A DNA stretch of 64,000 nt from Azolla caroliniana. Lineage: Eukaryota > Plantae > Polypodiophyta. The DNA lies in NCBI GenBank assembly GCA_043228905.1, contig JBHGNT010000015.1:11284001-11348000 (forward strand), in the 5' to 3' direction. The notes under the pieces are model-generated. The model worked only from the letters and a program-made list of their open reading frames with translations. It ran no database searches and was not told the origin of the DNA. A program made the translations under genes and the position numbers. Below, piece after piece: positions 38,901 through 51,929 of this stretch (its first letter is position 1; every line of letters starts with the position of its first letter).

Positions 38901-40914
38901 TCGGTTTCTAGGGCAAATCCGGTGGCATAGCCGAATGCTCCGATATTTGGCCGATCTTGCTACACCATTGCATGTTGCGGTCCAACGGATACCGTTTCAA
39001 TGGACAAATATGGAGGACGAGGCTTAGCGGGCATTGAAAGTACTGCTATCACAAGCATCGGTGGTGCAACCACCAGACTAGTCAAAAAAATTCCACGTGT
39101 TTGTTGATGCGTTCGACATAGCAATCGATAGCGCACTAATGCAACTAACCGAACCGAAATGGTACCGACCGGTTTATTATGCTAGCCCGAGGCTATTCCA
39201 GGTGGAACAAAATTATTCAACAATGGAAAGAGAAGCCTTAGGGATGATTTACAGTGTTACCAAGTTCAGGCACTATTTATTGGGAAGGAAATTTTCATTT
39301 CATGTCGACTACTCAGCGCTATTATATTTGGTCTCAAAGGCATTGCTCACCGGCAAGCTGGCCCGATGGACATTGTTGCTACAAGAGTTTGAGTTCGAAA
39401 TATATCACCGGCCGGGAATACAACATGTGGTTGCCGATTATCTGAGCCGGTTAGATTCCGGCGAGACCGGTGATGGAGTCCCGGATGAGTTTCCGAATGC
39501 CGAGATGTTTAAAGTAATAGGGAAACGGCAGCCGATAGCACGGTACTCGATGAAGACAAGTGGCTAACTAACATGCATCAATTCCAAAGCACGGGACTCC
39601 CATCGGAGGAGATGAACCGGGATAAGCGGAAGCAGCTAGCGGTACAAAGCCGACATTTTTGTCTACCACAGGACACCTTGTACCACAAAGGCGTGGATGG
39701 CATATGGCGGCGAGTAGTGCGAAGTGATGAAAAGGACACAATATTACGAGAAGCGCACTGTGGCGTTGCCGGAGGGCATTATGCCGGGGACGCTACGGCA
39801 AGAAAGATATGACACAATGGGCTATGGTGGCCGACAACATTGAAGGACTCGGTTCGGTACGCAAAAGTCTGTGATTTATGTCAACAGATAGGCCAACCAA
39901 CAGAATAGGGAAGGATGCCTCACCAGCCGGTGCTACCCTTAGAGCCATTTCAGTAATGGGGGGGCTCGACTTCGTTGGGTCGTTTAAACCTCCGGCAATG
40001 AGAACTGGCAACAGGTATGTTATAGTTGCCACATATTATTGCACCGAGTGGGTAGAAGCTAAGGCATTGCGGGACAAAATTGCGGCATCAACGAAAAAGT
40101 TCTTATATGAGTACATTTGGTGCCGGTATGGATGCCCGATCGAGTTAATTAGGGACCCAGGCGAACATTTTCTCGGTCAAGTAGTGGAAAGCTTAACAAC
40201 ATTCTATTCTGTGGTACACAAGTGTAGTACCCGTTATTATCCACATGCCAATGGACTGGCCGAATCCACAAACAAAACGCTCCAAAACATCGTGCGAAAG
40301 ATCGTCAAATAAAACTGGACCGATTTGGACACCAAGCTGCATAGTGCACTATGGGCATACCAGACGGCATACAAAACGAGTATTCGGTCAACACCATTCC
40401 AGTTAGCATTTGAGCTGGAAGCAGTAATGCCAATCGAATTTCAGGTTCATAGTTTGCGGATATAGGTTAGAGAACGCCTAAGTGAAAAGGAGTCGGAAAA
40501 AATCTGGTTAGCCGCATTATGCGAACTCGAGGAGCATCGGATAGCAAGTCTCATGCAGTTGGAATTGAAGCAACGACGAAGGAAGGCGTTTATCAATCGG
40601 CATCGGAAGGGCAATGAGAAGATGTTCGGGATCGGCAAGCCGATACTAGTGTTCCAAAATCGGATGGGTTAAATGCCGGGAAAGCTACGGTTCCGGTGGA
40701 CCGGACCGTATTAGATAACGCGGGAATTCAACGGTTCATACTAGCTCGGAACGCTAACCGGTGAGATAATGGGCAAATGGGTCAATGGGTTCCGACTCAA
40801 ACCATATTGTAGACCTATGCCACAGAATCTGTTCGAGCAGACGGAGGCTGATACAGCAGTAGGAAGTAGGAAAAAAAGTACCCGACAGTCAGGCGGAGCC
40901 GGCGTTACCAGATA
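35964..40914 (+). pseudogene. Element A gag 3' part and pol (PR-RT-RH-INT), many stops
   Basis: CYYCRQEGHYSNQC; IVDRGSGVNVI; WLSPIVVMPKKNGKIRVC, FLDGFSGYNQI, QVFLDDF; EREALG; GLDFVG, ANGLAE. Confidence 0.92.
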
Positions 40915-41190
40915 ATGACAAACAAGTGGCCGGCAAACGTGAATATGGGGAAAAACCGGGATATGGACCTGGTGCTTCCGGTTAACTAAAACTCAATTTT
41001 GAAAAAAATTAAAAAAATTAAAAAAAATAAAAGAAAGAAGAGTCATCCTACAGAGGCAAGGAGTGAATGGGCACTTTGAAAAGGTGTGGTGGGTGGCTAA
41101 TTAAAGCCTTTAAAAAAGGCACACCACATGTCAACCGATTGCTATATTAGTACAAGACGTGCATGCGTGGGAATCAAGAAAAGGCGCCAC

Positions 41191-43830
41191 ACATGGAGAA
41201 AGAAAACCTTTGCTGCGCAGAGTCCCTTTCATTTCGTGAACACAGAGATCTCAGCGCACACAGGCGATTACGAGTGATTAGGCGAGAGCACACATAACAC
41301 ATAGGCACACCAATCTTACCACAACCTACCGACTCCGACGACGACATGGAATGCATGGTACTCTTAGAAGTGGCTAAGAAATGGCTGAAGCAACACGGTC
41401 CAGAGGGATTCTTGAGGATGGTCGAAGCACCGCCCCACGAAGATGCAGAAAATGTCGTCAAAGACATCAACACGGAGGTCATCACCGAGGAAGCCATCCG
41501 AGCCCTGACCAGCTTATTGGAAGGGGGAATATACTCGATCGACAACCCTTCACAAGAGCTGCTGACAAGGTATTCGGTGAATACTCCCTGGGCAGCAAGG
41601 CGTACCGCACGCAAGGTGGTGAAGACCTATTGTTTCGGGAAATTTCTTGGGTACTCCACGAGTATGGTCATCTATACCCCTGACCACCGGCGATGCCCAG
41701 GAATAGAGCCGGTTTGATCATAGCTACCTACGAGGGAGTACATGTGGATTGACGGGTAATGATCGCTGACGGCTTGAGCGCTGCCATCATCTCAATAAAA
41801 GATGGCAAAAAGATGTGGACAATAGTGGCGCAATGGCTCACTCTGTTAGCACCGCCGGTGGAGCCCATGAAACAGACAGAATCGACCCCCAAAATAGCTT
41901 CAAAATGGCAGCAACTCTTTGCTGCCCAAGCGAAGGAACGACCGAATCGGAAGCGGTTGGCAGAGAAGGAGGCATGGGTGGACACCTCGGGGAGACCTTT
42001 AAAAGTCAAGTTGCGCCTGACGGAACAACAAGCAGAACAACAACCAGAGAAAACGCAGGGGCAGGACCCCTTGGCAGTGTTAATCAACAGCAAGACCCTA
42101 GAGGAAGAAAAACTGGAAGACGAGCCTACAGAGACGTTGTTACGTCGTCGCCAGATAAGTGAAAAGGGCCACGAAGGGGGGACATCAAGGCCAGTGGAGG
42201 ATATTATACTGGAAGCCCTCCCTGAGGAGCCGCAGCCTAGGATGGCGGCAGAACTGGCTCAACAAGAATCGGGGACGAAGCAAGTGCTGCGGCAAGACAT
42301 CGCGGAACCAACGGTCCAGAACATGGTAGTACCGGTGGATCAAGAACCGGTCATTGAATTGCCAGCATTGTCGCCGCAACAGCAACAGCTAGAACCAGAG
42401 CGGACGCTTGACGTAATCGTCAAAGAAGCCTTCCGAGCTAGGGAACGAGACTTGAAAAAATTGGCAGACGAGGAACAAAGGAAGACGGCCAACAGCCTTT
42501 GCCGAACAGAGGAAAGGTTGAGAAGAGGTCATCAAGCGTATGACCGGCTGAAAGAAGAGAAAGACAAACTCCTGCAAGAAGAAGAGAAACTCTGAAGGAT
42601 GGCAGAAGTGGAGATTGAGCGCCTCAAAGAAGAGTTTTGGCAACAAAAAGACCATGAGGACCGCGCTCGCCGGCTTATCAATCAAAAGCTCAAACAAAAA
42701 ACTGACGACTTCGACCGACTGCACTTGGATGCTGATCATAAGAAATTGACTACCGAAAGTGATCGGCAGTAGGAAAAGTGCAGGGAACTCTGGGAGGAAA
42801 TTAACCGGTTGACGGCGGCATTGATGGAAGAGTAGTCGAAGGGAGCCGAAGTAGCGAAACAACTGGCGGCAACGGTGAAAGAGCGACTGGACCTGCAAGT
42901 GCAGCACCATGAGGAAACAGAGCGCGCTACAATGACTCTAAACAGAGTTCAAACGACATATCAGATCTAATTTATGCACTACAGAAGCCAAGAAGTGGCA
43001 ACCGTAAGCCTGATCAAACAATTGAAGGACGAAAAACAAGCCGTGGAAAACAAGTCGAAGATGGGGCTAGGGCGGATCTGGGACATCTTATTGGCATGGA
43101 GGAATTGAACGAAGAAATGGGTGGAAGAAAGCTCAGTACAATAGTGGTCGAAGTGGGCTAAGTAGGCAACAGAGCTACAGTTGCTGCGGGCAGAGCGGAA
43201 AACCGGTGAAAAGAGGGCAACGAAGTTTACATCCTGGATAAAGAAAGCATTGAAGCAATAAAAGATGAACTGTTGGATGATTTCATATCCTTGGCTGATG
43301 AGCAAAGGGTGGCGGTACGCCAGTTGGTGGCACAACTGGATGATGACCAGTTGGACAACCAACTCCGTTTCGAAAAGTACGAACGAGAACGACGACGACA
43401 AGAAGTGGCCAAGAAAACGGCGGCGATTACCATCAGTGACGAGGAGCCATCTTCAGAACAAACGCCGGCTAAAGACGGGGGAAGCCAACCAAATAGTACT
43501 CAGGAGGAGCCGCTAAAGGAAGGTCATCCGTAGGAACCAGTGCACGTCGGACAGCAGAACCAGGAGACACCAAGACCGGTCGAGCCGGAAAAAGAGGAAG
43601 AGCCAGTAAGATTAGTTGATCCGGAAATGGAGAGTAGACCAACAGAGCCATAGGCAACAGACGTCAACCAGTAGCAGTCACAGTTGGAGCCGGATTGACA
43701 AGAAGAGCAGCCACAACCACAGGAATAGAAGGAGGAGGAACAACAGCAGTAGCAGACGACAGAACAACTTCCCAGGTAACCATTGGAACCCTTAGATCAA
43801 AGCATTCTAGACATTTTGGAGGATGAATGA
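41191..43830 (+). pseudogene. Element A 3' extra ORF, degenerate
   Basis: KKWLKQHGPEGFLRMVEAPPH, FGEYSLGSKAYRTQGGEDLLF, AQWLTLLAPP, ends ILDILEDE*; homologous to the C ORF. Confidence 0.85.
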
Positions 43831-43836
43831 AGGCCG

Positions 43837-43881
43837 GATCGTGGGATTCGACGTACAAGGTATTGTCCCACCGGCGTGCCA
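43837..43881 (+). other. tRNA-Arg 3'-half mimic at the PPT position of A
   Basis: GATCGTGGGATTCGA-cgtacaaggtatt-GTCCCACCGGCGTGCCA-TG-LTR. Confidence 0.8.
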
Positions 43882-43883
43882 TG

Positions 43884-44343
43884 TGTTAGCCGGCCGGCAA
43901 GGGAAGTCCAGAATGGGAAAAGGGGGATAGATAGTTAATAACCGGGAGCTGATTAGTTATAATATAGAATTATTATGATTTTGAGAAGCAAACGGACGGA
44001 CCCGGAATCGGTATGCCGATCCGGATCAGGACCGGTTCGTTGCCTGTTGCCAGTTGGCACCAGTTTGTACCTAAGCCAGAGACCTATAAAAGGGCCTGGT
44101 TAGATTGTAATCATTAGCGGATAATTAATAGTGTTGTTGTTCTGTATCATAATCATTGTTACTTACCGTTTTGTGCTAAGTTTAATTTATCCTACGTGTG
44201 TGTTGTGACTAATGATCTTGCCGCTTAGTAAACAATTAGGGTTTCATTAATAGTCAGTCTAACTTTATCTCACAATACCCCTTTGGTGAAGTGTCTCAAA
44301 GGGACACCCTATGTTAGGCCATTGTCCGGCCCTAGTGATAACA
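43884..44343 (+). repeat. 3' LTR of element A
   Basis: Direct repeat of 11096-11554, followed by TSD CAAGA. Confidence 0.95.
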
Positions 44344-44904
44344 CAAGATATTAATAGTCACTCATAACAATGGCGTTTGACCCTATAAACACCAATCAAC
44401 CCACGTTTGATTAGTTGAGAGCGCAATCTATCCTTTCCAAGCCAACTAGATGATTGGTAACTCTTTTTGTAGAGAATTCCAATGCCTCCACTAAATGATG
44501 GTTTCCATAAAAATAATGGGAGTGCTTCATGCCATGAGACAACCAAGTATTGAACACATCAAGAGCAAGGAATCCTAAGTGGAATAAATATGTTCAATAA
44601 TTGCCATCGTGAAGCATTAATCGTTGTCCTTCCATGTTTTATACCCTCATTCTCAATGAAATATTGGACAATAAATGTCTATGGTTGTGAGTCTAAACAC
44701 ATGTCTTGCAATAATGAACAACTATGATTCATCATATGCATAGATAAGTCCAACATTGTAGCTCACACCAAGCACTTGGGAGTTACTAGATGGTTCCATG
44801 CTACCAATGTGATTCCCATCTTAACCTTCTTTCTCCACAACAAATATCAAAGAGGTTATGTAATGCAAAGGTTTCTTTGTCCATGCAACAATGTCAAGTA
44901 GTAT

Positions 44905-45165
44905 AATATCATGGGTTCCATATTACATAGTACAGCCTTCAAGTATATATCAAATGGGAATACCTTGGGTTCCATAACCATATACAATATAGTAGCATGG
45001 GTTCCATATTACATAGTACAACCTTCAAGTGTATATGAAACGACAATATCTTGGGTTCCATAACCAAATACAATATAATATCATGGGTTCCATATTACAT
45101 CGTAGAACCTTCAAGTTTAAATGAAATGGCAATATCTTGGGTTCCATAACCATATACAACCTTCA
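44905..45165. repeat. ~86-bp tandem repeat, about 3 copies
   Basis: Recurrent catgggttccatattacat..ccttcaagt..cttgggttccataacca. Confidence 0.8.
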
Positions 45166-45189
45166 CATGTAAATGAAATGGCAAAATCA

Positions 45190-45480
45190 TAAGTTTCATA
45201 ATAAACTACACAACCAATACATGAACTTATCCCTTAACTTGCTAAAAATCCATTCAATCAATTCACCAATCCTAATATACAATCCCAATGGATACCCCAA
45301 GTGTCGAAAAATAGAGCCCTTTCTAATCATGAATCCTTGCCATCCTAGACATTCCAAATCCCTTCCAGTACATGAGATGAGACTAGACTTCCTCCAATAA
45401 ATATGTAATCTAGATGCCAATGGAAATTGGCTTCGTACAAGCTTCCCCTTCTCAAGATTCTCACATGAGGCTGGTAGAAA
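45190..45480 (-). pseudogene. L1-type LINE RT C-terminal fragment
   Basis: SRLHIYWRKS...FRHLGYPLG...IFSKLRDKFMYW. Confidence 0.55.
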
Positions 45481-45504
45481 CATGAATGAATCATCTACCA
45501 AAGC

Positions 45505-46250
45505 ATGTGCTACCAATTGGCCCCATATGGAAGTTATCCCCATCAAAACATGAGCGAAGCAGAAAAAAATAGAGTGATCCGGACTGCTTTTATTACAGAA
45601 AACAAGATAGCATTGATCAACCCCAAAATAAGAAGATGGCCCACTATGAGATACTTTTTACACAAATCGGAGGATGGATTCATCATCATCACATATTATA
45701 TGGACATATATCTATAATATGAGCGGCACAATGTGATATGGCAGTTGCGAACTTCATCACATCAGTTCACGATTGAGATTGGGCAAATACGCATGATGCC
45801 TCTAAAAGAAAGAATAGTCAATTGTATCATCAAGGAGTGGAATATGAAGCGCACTATGTTTGTCATTGTAGTGTTCTTTATGAAATAAGCGGGAGGTACC
45901 ATTGCCTCTTTAAACAAGGTTTTGGTTCTCTACACAAGGTAAAGGAATATGAGGACCAATACTGCTTGGGGCTTTTGTTGCTAGAACTCAACAGACACAA
46001 GAAAAAGTTGTTGGACAACAATACAACCATATAATCCTATCAACAAAGAACAATCACAACTTTCATTAGCTCCATCAAGGACTACACAAATGAGCTCTCG
46101 ACAAGGACATAATAAAGGGGTTACAATAGATCGAGCAATAGCAGCCCCATGAACCATGATCTCACCACCCTTGCCGTTGCAAAATAAAGGTTATTATCCC
46201 CTACCATCGTTGGTGCTTCCCTTGCATTAGAGTCCTCTACATTTATGATC
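45505..46250 (+). mobile_element. RTE-like LINE 3' fragment
   Basis: KNRVIRT..INPK..RWPT..FLH..EDGF; HQGVEYEAHYVCHC; similar to 54300-54790. Confidence 0.75.
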
Positions 46251-47642
46251 AACCTATGGTAGAGTTCTTTCGAAGACAAAAATTACATATTTCTAACTTG
46301 AAAATCTATTAATTGTATTCCATGAAATTCCGAGAATAAGAGTTGACCAAAGAACATCATGTTTTATTACTTGATTGGGTCAGTGACTTGCATCAATTGA
46401 CAGTGTCTGGCCTCCAGAACTCCTATCCAGTCCATGATGAATTCATTGACATGGTCAAATTTGTTGTTCTAAATCTTGCTAGTGTATCAGAACTATATTG
46501 GATGAACTCACCATAGCCTTACTCCATTCTAACACAACTACTCATACAAGACGCAAAAACCAGTATCTGATAAGAGCTTAGTGACAAATTCAAGCCTTTT
46601 AAACAGTCTATGAAGGTTTTCAACAACTCTTATGCACAATGAATTGTGATCAAAGCATGCAATTTTGATCTCGTCATGTCAAAGGTGACAAAAGGCTTTG
46701 ATATAGAAAAGATGACATCCATCTTTCTGTCGAAGTGAACATTATAGTGTTGCATGGATTTTCATTGTTTTGTGCCACTTCACACAATGTTCTCAACTCC
46801 TCAGTGTCAAAACTCTGCATTCATGATAAGCTAATAAGAGACATACCCATTTCTTTTCTTTACATTAGTCCATTAAACATACATAATGGAACGTCAACAT
46901 TTTTCTTACTGGTCTCTGGAAAGGACCCCATGCTTTTTACTGCACTAGATTTGGTCATCTTGACCTCCGAAAATCATTGCTGATATTTTTTCCAGCCTAA
47001 TGTTTCTATAAGAGTCTTTGTCCTTACGAAAAACTCCCAAGTATCCCAAGCTTTTCTCTATTTCCCAAGTGCTCCTTAGTTTTATTTTCCATGATGCCCA
47101 TGGTCTAACACCCAAAAAACCAATTATATGTTGAAAAGAGCAATTATATGCTGAATTCATCCCATTTCCCTCTATTTTGGGTGGTTGACCAACAACTGGG
47201 GGAAATAAAGAAAAATTCGGGTGTTCCTCAGTTGATTTTGCTTTATTGTCTATCCATCCAATAAGGAGCACATTGTATGATTGGTATTTTATTAGAGTTT
47301 GGCCATACCCAGTTTTTTTGTTGATTTTGTGACATGTGTGCTTTTGCAGGAACTTCATAAAGAATTTGACGGAGAGAAAAATGATGGCTTGCAATTTCAA
47401 GATGTATCGAGGACCAATCCGTGTGTCAATTTCTCTGTGAACTGATTTAAATGCTCCAGAGAAATGGAATAAATGTTCATATAGACATATGCTATAATCA
47501 CTACGTCTCTCCACGTTATTTTGGACCAGGTGAAATAAGCGAACCAATCAAATAGGTTCAATAATTTGTTTTAAAAGAAAGTATTTTGTTTGATCTAGTT
47601 AGTCGATTAGTTTTAGTTTTTAGACTTTGTCAAGGGCGTGAT

Positions 47643-47644
<2 letters not shown>

Positions 47645-47688
<44 letters not shown>
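47645..47688. repeat. (CT)n microsatellite
   Basis: Pure CT run directly before SINE-like copy 2. Confidence 0.95.
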
Positions 47689-47689
<1 letters not shown>

Positions 47690-47691
<2 letters not shown>

Positions 47692-50600
47692 ATCGTAATT
47701 AGCTTACCATAGTGGTAAGTTGATAACACTACAAGCACTGTGTCTTGGGTTCGAAACCTAATTTCCTCACTTCTCTGTTATATACTTCATATATATCTCT
47801 ATTTCACTAGATGCCACTATGGAATGTAGGGGCTGAATTGTAAAGAATCGGGTATGATTCTTGTGTAAGCGGAAGAGATGTGTGTTATGTGTGTATGTGT
47901 GAGAGAAAAGAGATGAGAGAAGAGAAAACACAAGGTAGTTTAGATAGAATGGAAATAGAATACTCAAGAAGAAGAATATCTTTATTCACAAGTAGAATAT
48001 GAAATACAAAATGTAGCATTACAAGGAGTCACGAACAACTTGGTATGAAGTATGAGGAGGTGCTTTATATAGAGTCACCCTCTCTCTTCATTAACTTACA
48101 ATAACCACTCTCTCTCTTGGGGAATGTGAAGACTTATAGTCATGGGGAATATGTAACTCATGGTGACTCATTAAAAACGACATCTCGACTTACTCGAGAT
48201 TTTCGAGTTGAGGGGTTGTAGCACTTGAATCCCTTTTGCTCCAGTGAGTATCGTACGAGGATACATTTCTCCGAATTCGAGTCAAGCTTTTGACACTTCT
48301 CGTCGGGGATGTGCACGTACGCAATGGAGCCAAATATCCGAACCTGCGATAGGTCTGACTTCTTTCCGAAGAACTTCTCGTGCGGAGTAAGTTTGTGCAC
48401 ACCCGATGTCATACACCGATTCATGAGATAGACGGCTATGTTAGCTGCTTCCGCCCAATACAATTTTGGCATGTGCTTTTCGTTAAGCATAGCCCGTGCC
48501 ACTTTGAAGATGTGCCGAATCTTGCGTTCGGCCACCCCGTTTTGTTGTGGCATATGTTGACATGAAAACACCGTATTCCTTCTTTCCGTAGAAATGCCGA
48601 AAATTCGTTGGAGAAGTACTCCTTGCCTCCATCCGACTGAAGACATCGTACATGTCGGCCCGTGGCTTTCTCGACTTCATTCTTAAATTTTTGGAAGTGT
48701 TCGAAAACTTCGCTCTTTTGTCACATTGGGTAGATCCAAGTGTGCCTAGAGAAGTCGTTGATGAAGCTCACGTAGTATCAACATCTCCCAAATGTCACCG
48801 TTTGAGCCAGACCCCATACATCGGAATGAATTACGTCGAGTACGCCTTTGCTCACGTTCCGCTCCTTCGGAAATGGGTGCCGATGTTGCATGCCTTCAAT
48901 CTCTTTCTCCGTGAATGTCGGGAGCCCGATGACGACTCCTTTCGATTGCATTGCCTTGAGCTTTTGGAGGTTGATATGACCAATCCACTTGTGCAATAAC
49001 TCTATGTCGGAATCGGCTTTCATGCCCTTTGCGAACATGGCCGATTTCATCTCATGTGAGTCGAGAATGAACATTCGGCCCTCTCTTCGTCTGCATGCGA
49101 TGAGTCGGCCCTCTTTTTCGATGAAGCAACTGCCTTAATTAAATCGTACTTGCATTCCTTGCTCTACAATTTGGCCAACAGAGACCAAATTCTTCGTGAT
49201 AGTTGGTACATGCAAGACATTTTTAATATAAGTTTGCTTACCTTCTTCTCCGAATAGAACATTGCCGATGTGCCGAATCGGATGCGTAGTATCGTCTTTG
49301 GTTTCGACATAGCCGGGTCGGTCCGGCTCTCGAAGTTCTTGGAACCATTCTTGATGCGATGTCATATGGTTCGAGGCACCGGAATCAACGAACCATACGT
49401 CTTCCGGACCGGAGGCATTAGTAGAAGTAGAGGCCGACATAGAATTCGCTCTACGTCTCATCACGAACATTCCGCCGCGATCATCATAGTCGGAGTTGAT
49501 GGCGTAGTTGGTGAGTTGTCGGCTAGTGGAAGCCGACTCGCGTATCTTCTTACGACAATCTTCTTTGTGTTGGCCGACTTTCCCGCAATATCCGCATTCG
49601 ATTGAGGTTTGTCGGCTTGGACCGGAATGGTGGCTCCCCCTTCTTCCGAAGGTTTCCTGATGGCCTCCATCTTGTTGCCGTAATTGAGATTTGTTTTCGT
49701 AAATCGGTCCTTGTCCGCCTCGTCCGCAACGTCCTTGGTCGAATCGGCCTCTTCTTGCACGACCGCGTCCTCTTCCTCCGTCCGAATGCGTGTAGAGCAC
49801 TTGTCCTTCCGAGGCGTTGTTCCTTGTTCGAACATGATTCTCTTCGACCAACAATATGGATTGAAGGTCGAAGGAGGGCGGATTCTCCCGTTCTAGTACG
49901 GAGGTCCGCATCGTGCCGAACCGTGGTGCAAGGCCGCTGAGGCATATTTGCACTATCTCATCATCGTCCACATTGACGCTTATCGAGCCGAGCGAGTTGC
50001 AAAGCTCCTTGATATTCAAGGTGTAGCTTGTAATGGACATATCCTTTTGTTGGATGTTGTTCAACTCTTGGCGGAGTTGAAGCTTCCTCACGGTCATGGT
50101 GCCGGCGAAAATCTTTCGTAGATTCTCCCATGCTTCCTTGACGTCTTGGCTTCTTGAATGTACCTGAGCATGTGATCATGAACACATGTCGCCAAGCAAT
50201 ACATTACTCGACTCACTGCTTGCTCCCATGTTGAGTAGTCGGCGTCTTTCGGGTTGGGCCAATTTTCTTGTGTTCCTTTGATATAGCTCCAATAGCCTTG
50301 GCCGACAAGGTATTGGTGCATCTTGTACTCCCAAGATGCAAAGTTGTTGCGATCCAACTTTTTGCTAGGGAGAGCGCTCCCCATTTGAGTATTCATTGTT
50401 GATGTAGATTTCTTCCTTCTTTTCTTTTCCTTCTCTCTCGAACACGAGCTATGTAGTCGCACTACGATAGCGATGAGCCGGTTCTTCTTGAACGTCGGCG
50501 TAGAGCACAACACACGATCACGATGAGGCAAGTGGGCTAGATCGAGCTACCAAATCGCTCTGATACCATGTAAAGAATCGGGTATGATTCTTGTGTAAAC

Positions 50601-51090
50601 GGAAGAGATGTGTGTTATGTGTGTATGTGTGAGAGAAACTTGATGAGAGAAGAGAAAACACAAGGTAGTTTAGATAGAATGGAAATAGAATACTCAAGAA
50701 GAAGAATATCTATATTCACAAGTAGAATATCAAAGACATAATGTAGCATTACAAGGAGTCACGACCAACTTGGTATGAAGTATGAGGAGGGTGCTTTATA
50801 TAGAGTCACCCTCACTCTTCATTAACTTACAACAACCACTCTCTCTCTTGGGGAATGTGAAGACGCATAGTCATGGCCAATATGTAACTCATTAGTTATG
50901 TGTCATAGAATATGATTCTATGACACATAATTAATGTGTAGAGAGTAGTGGTGTGACTCTTGACCTTTGAGTAATCATAGACTCTCAAAAGGTGTGTTCA
51001 CACGTTGTGCTATGTTGAGCTTGATTCTCAACAGAACCCATGACCACCTGGTCTCCATTGGGCAACCTTACTAACTAAGCTACATCCATC
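47690..51090. mobile_element. SINE-like element copy 2, split by a Copia insertion
   Basis: 47690-47838 and 51034-51090 join to match 10248-10451. Confidence 0.7.
47839..51033 (-). mobile_element. Ty1/Copia LTR retrotransposon with internal deletion (no RT/RH)
   Basis: 5' LTR 51033-50569; PBS TGGTATCAGAGCG (tRNA-iMet) 50568-50556; gag CGYCGKVGQHKEDC; WFVDSGASNHM; HSDVWG; QQNGVAERK; SRDVVFNE; partial 3' LTR 48160-47839. Confidence 0.93.
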
Positions 51091-51929
51091 TAGGCACTCT
51101 CTCTCATATAACTTTTCGAATTGGTTGGCTTTTGAGCCAATATTTGAATATATATATATATTTTATGCTCAAAGATTAAATTTTAACACCCTTTAAATGT
51201 TCTTGTTCATATCCTTTTTTGATGGCTACTGTTATTTTCAATACATATTCTATGTATGCATATTTTTTAATGTGCATGAGACCAAAATGCATGGAAAGGA
51301 TCATCACATCCTTATTGTTGGATCATGAAGTCATTGGTAACATCTCCTTTATATTATCTCCTAGTTTCCAATGATGTTCATGTCCATGACAATGTATGTG
51401 TGACGTTAACCTTTCACTCCATTCATTTAGCTACTTGAAATACAACCTTCTCTTAGATACTTTTATGATAAGACCTAGGCCTAACTAGTGATGCATGATA
51501 AGTTTGTTTTTCAGATTTTAAATGTAAAATCATGAAAATAAAATATCCTTTATGCATTTAGATGGCAACGTAGAGTACTGTAAAGATGGGAAAACTTTGG
51601 ACTGAACCAACAACAAAATCATGACTTGATGGATTAACCACTCCAATTCAAATGTAGAAATTTATAAATAGTTTGAGGTTAAAGGGTCTAGGTTGATTCA
51701 GTTTGAGACTTTACTTTAAGAGAACTTTTTTGAAATATTTAGTAGATATATAAACAAATAGTATCAACTTTATAGAACATAAAGTGTTTATTAATAAAGA
51801 AAGGTAGGTTTGAAAACTTGACTGTACATTAGCCATTCATTCGGTTTGTGTTAATAAAACTAAAATTGGAAACCATGGATTAATGGTTTCTAGATTTCTA
51901 GTTTGGTGTAAGTTTCAAAAGTTTGCAAG

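Larger units (their letters stand above)
11096..44343 (+). mobile_element. Ty3/Gypsy non-chromovirus LTR retrotransposon A (outermost, degenerate)
   Basis: Paired TG..CA LTRs; TSD CAAGA (11091-11095 and 44344-44348); gag-PR-RT-RH-INT order plus a 3' extra ORF; gag frame (GMTLEGLV|LRWRLMHPP) is restored by removing B. Confidence 0.95.

Noticed and set aside
43837-43881. Functional tRNA-Arg genes at the three mimic sites
   Set aside because: Only the 3' portion is present, with an insertion in the T-loop and no D or anticodon arm
46945-47547. 200-aa minus-strand ORF
   Set aside because: Non-ATG start and no recognisable motif; probably decayed TE sequence
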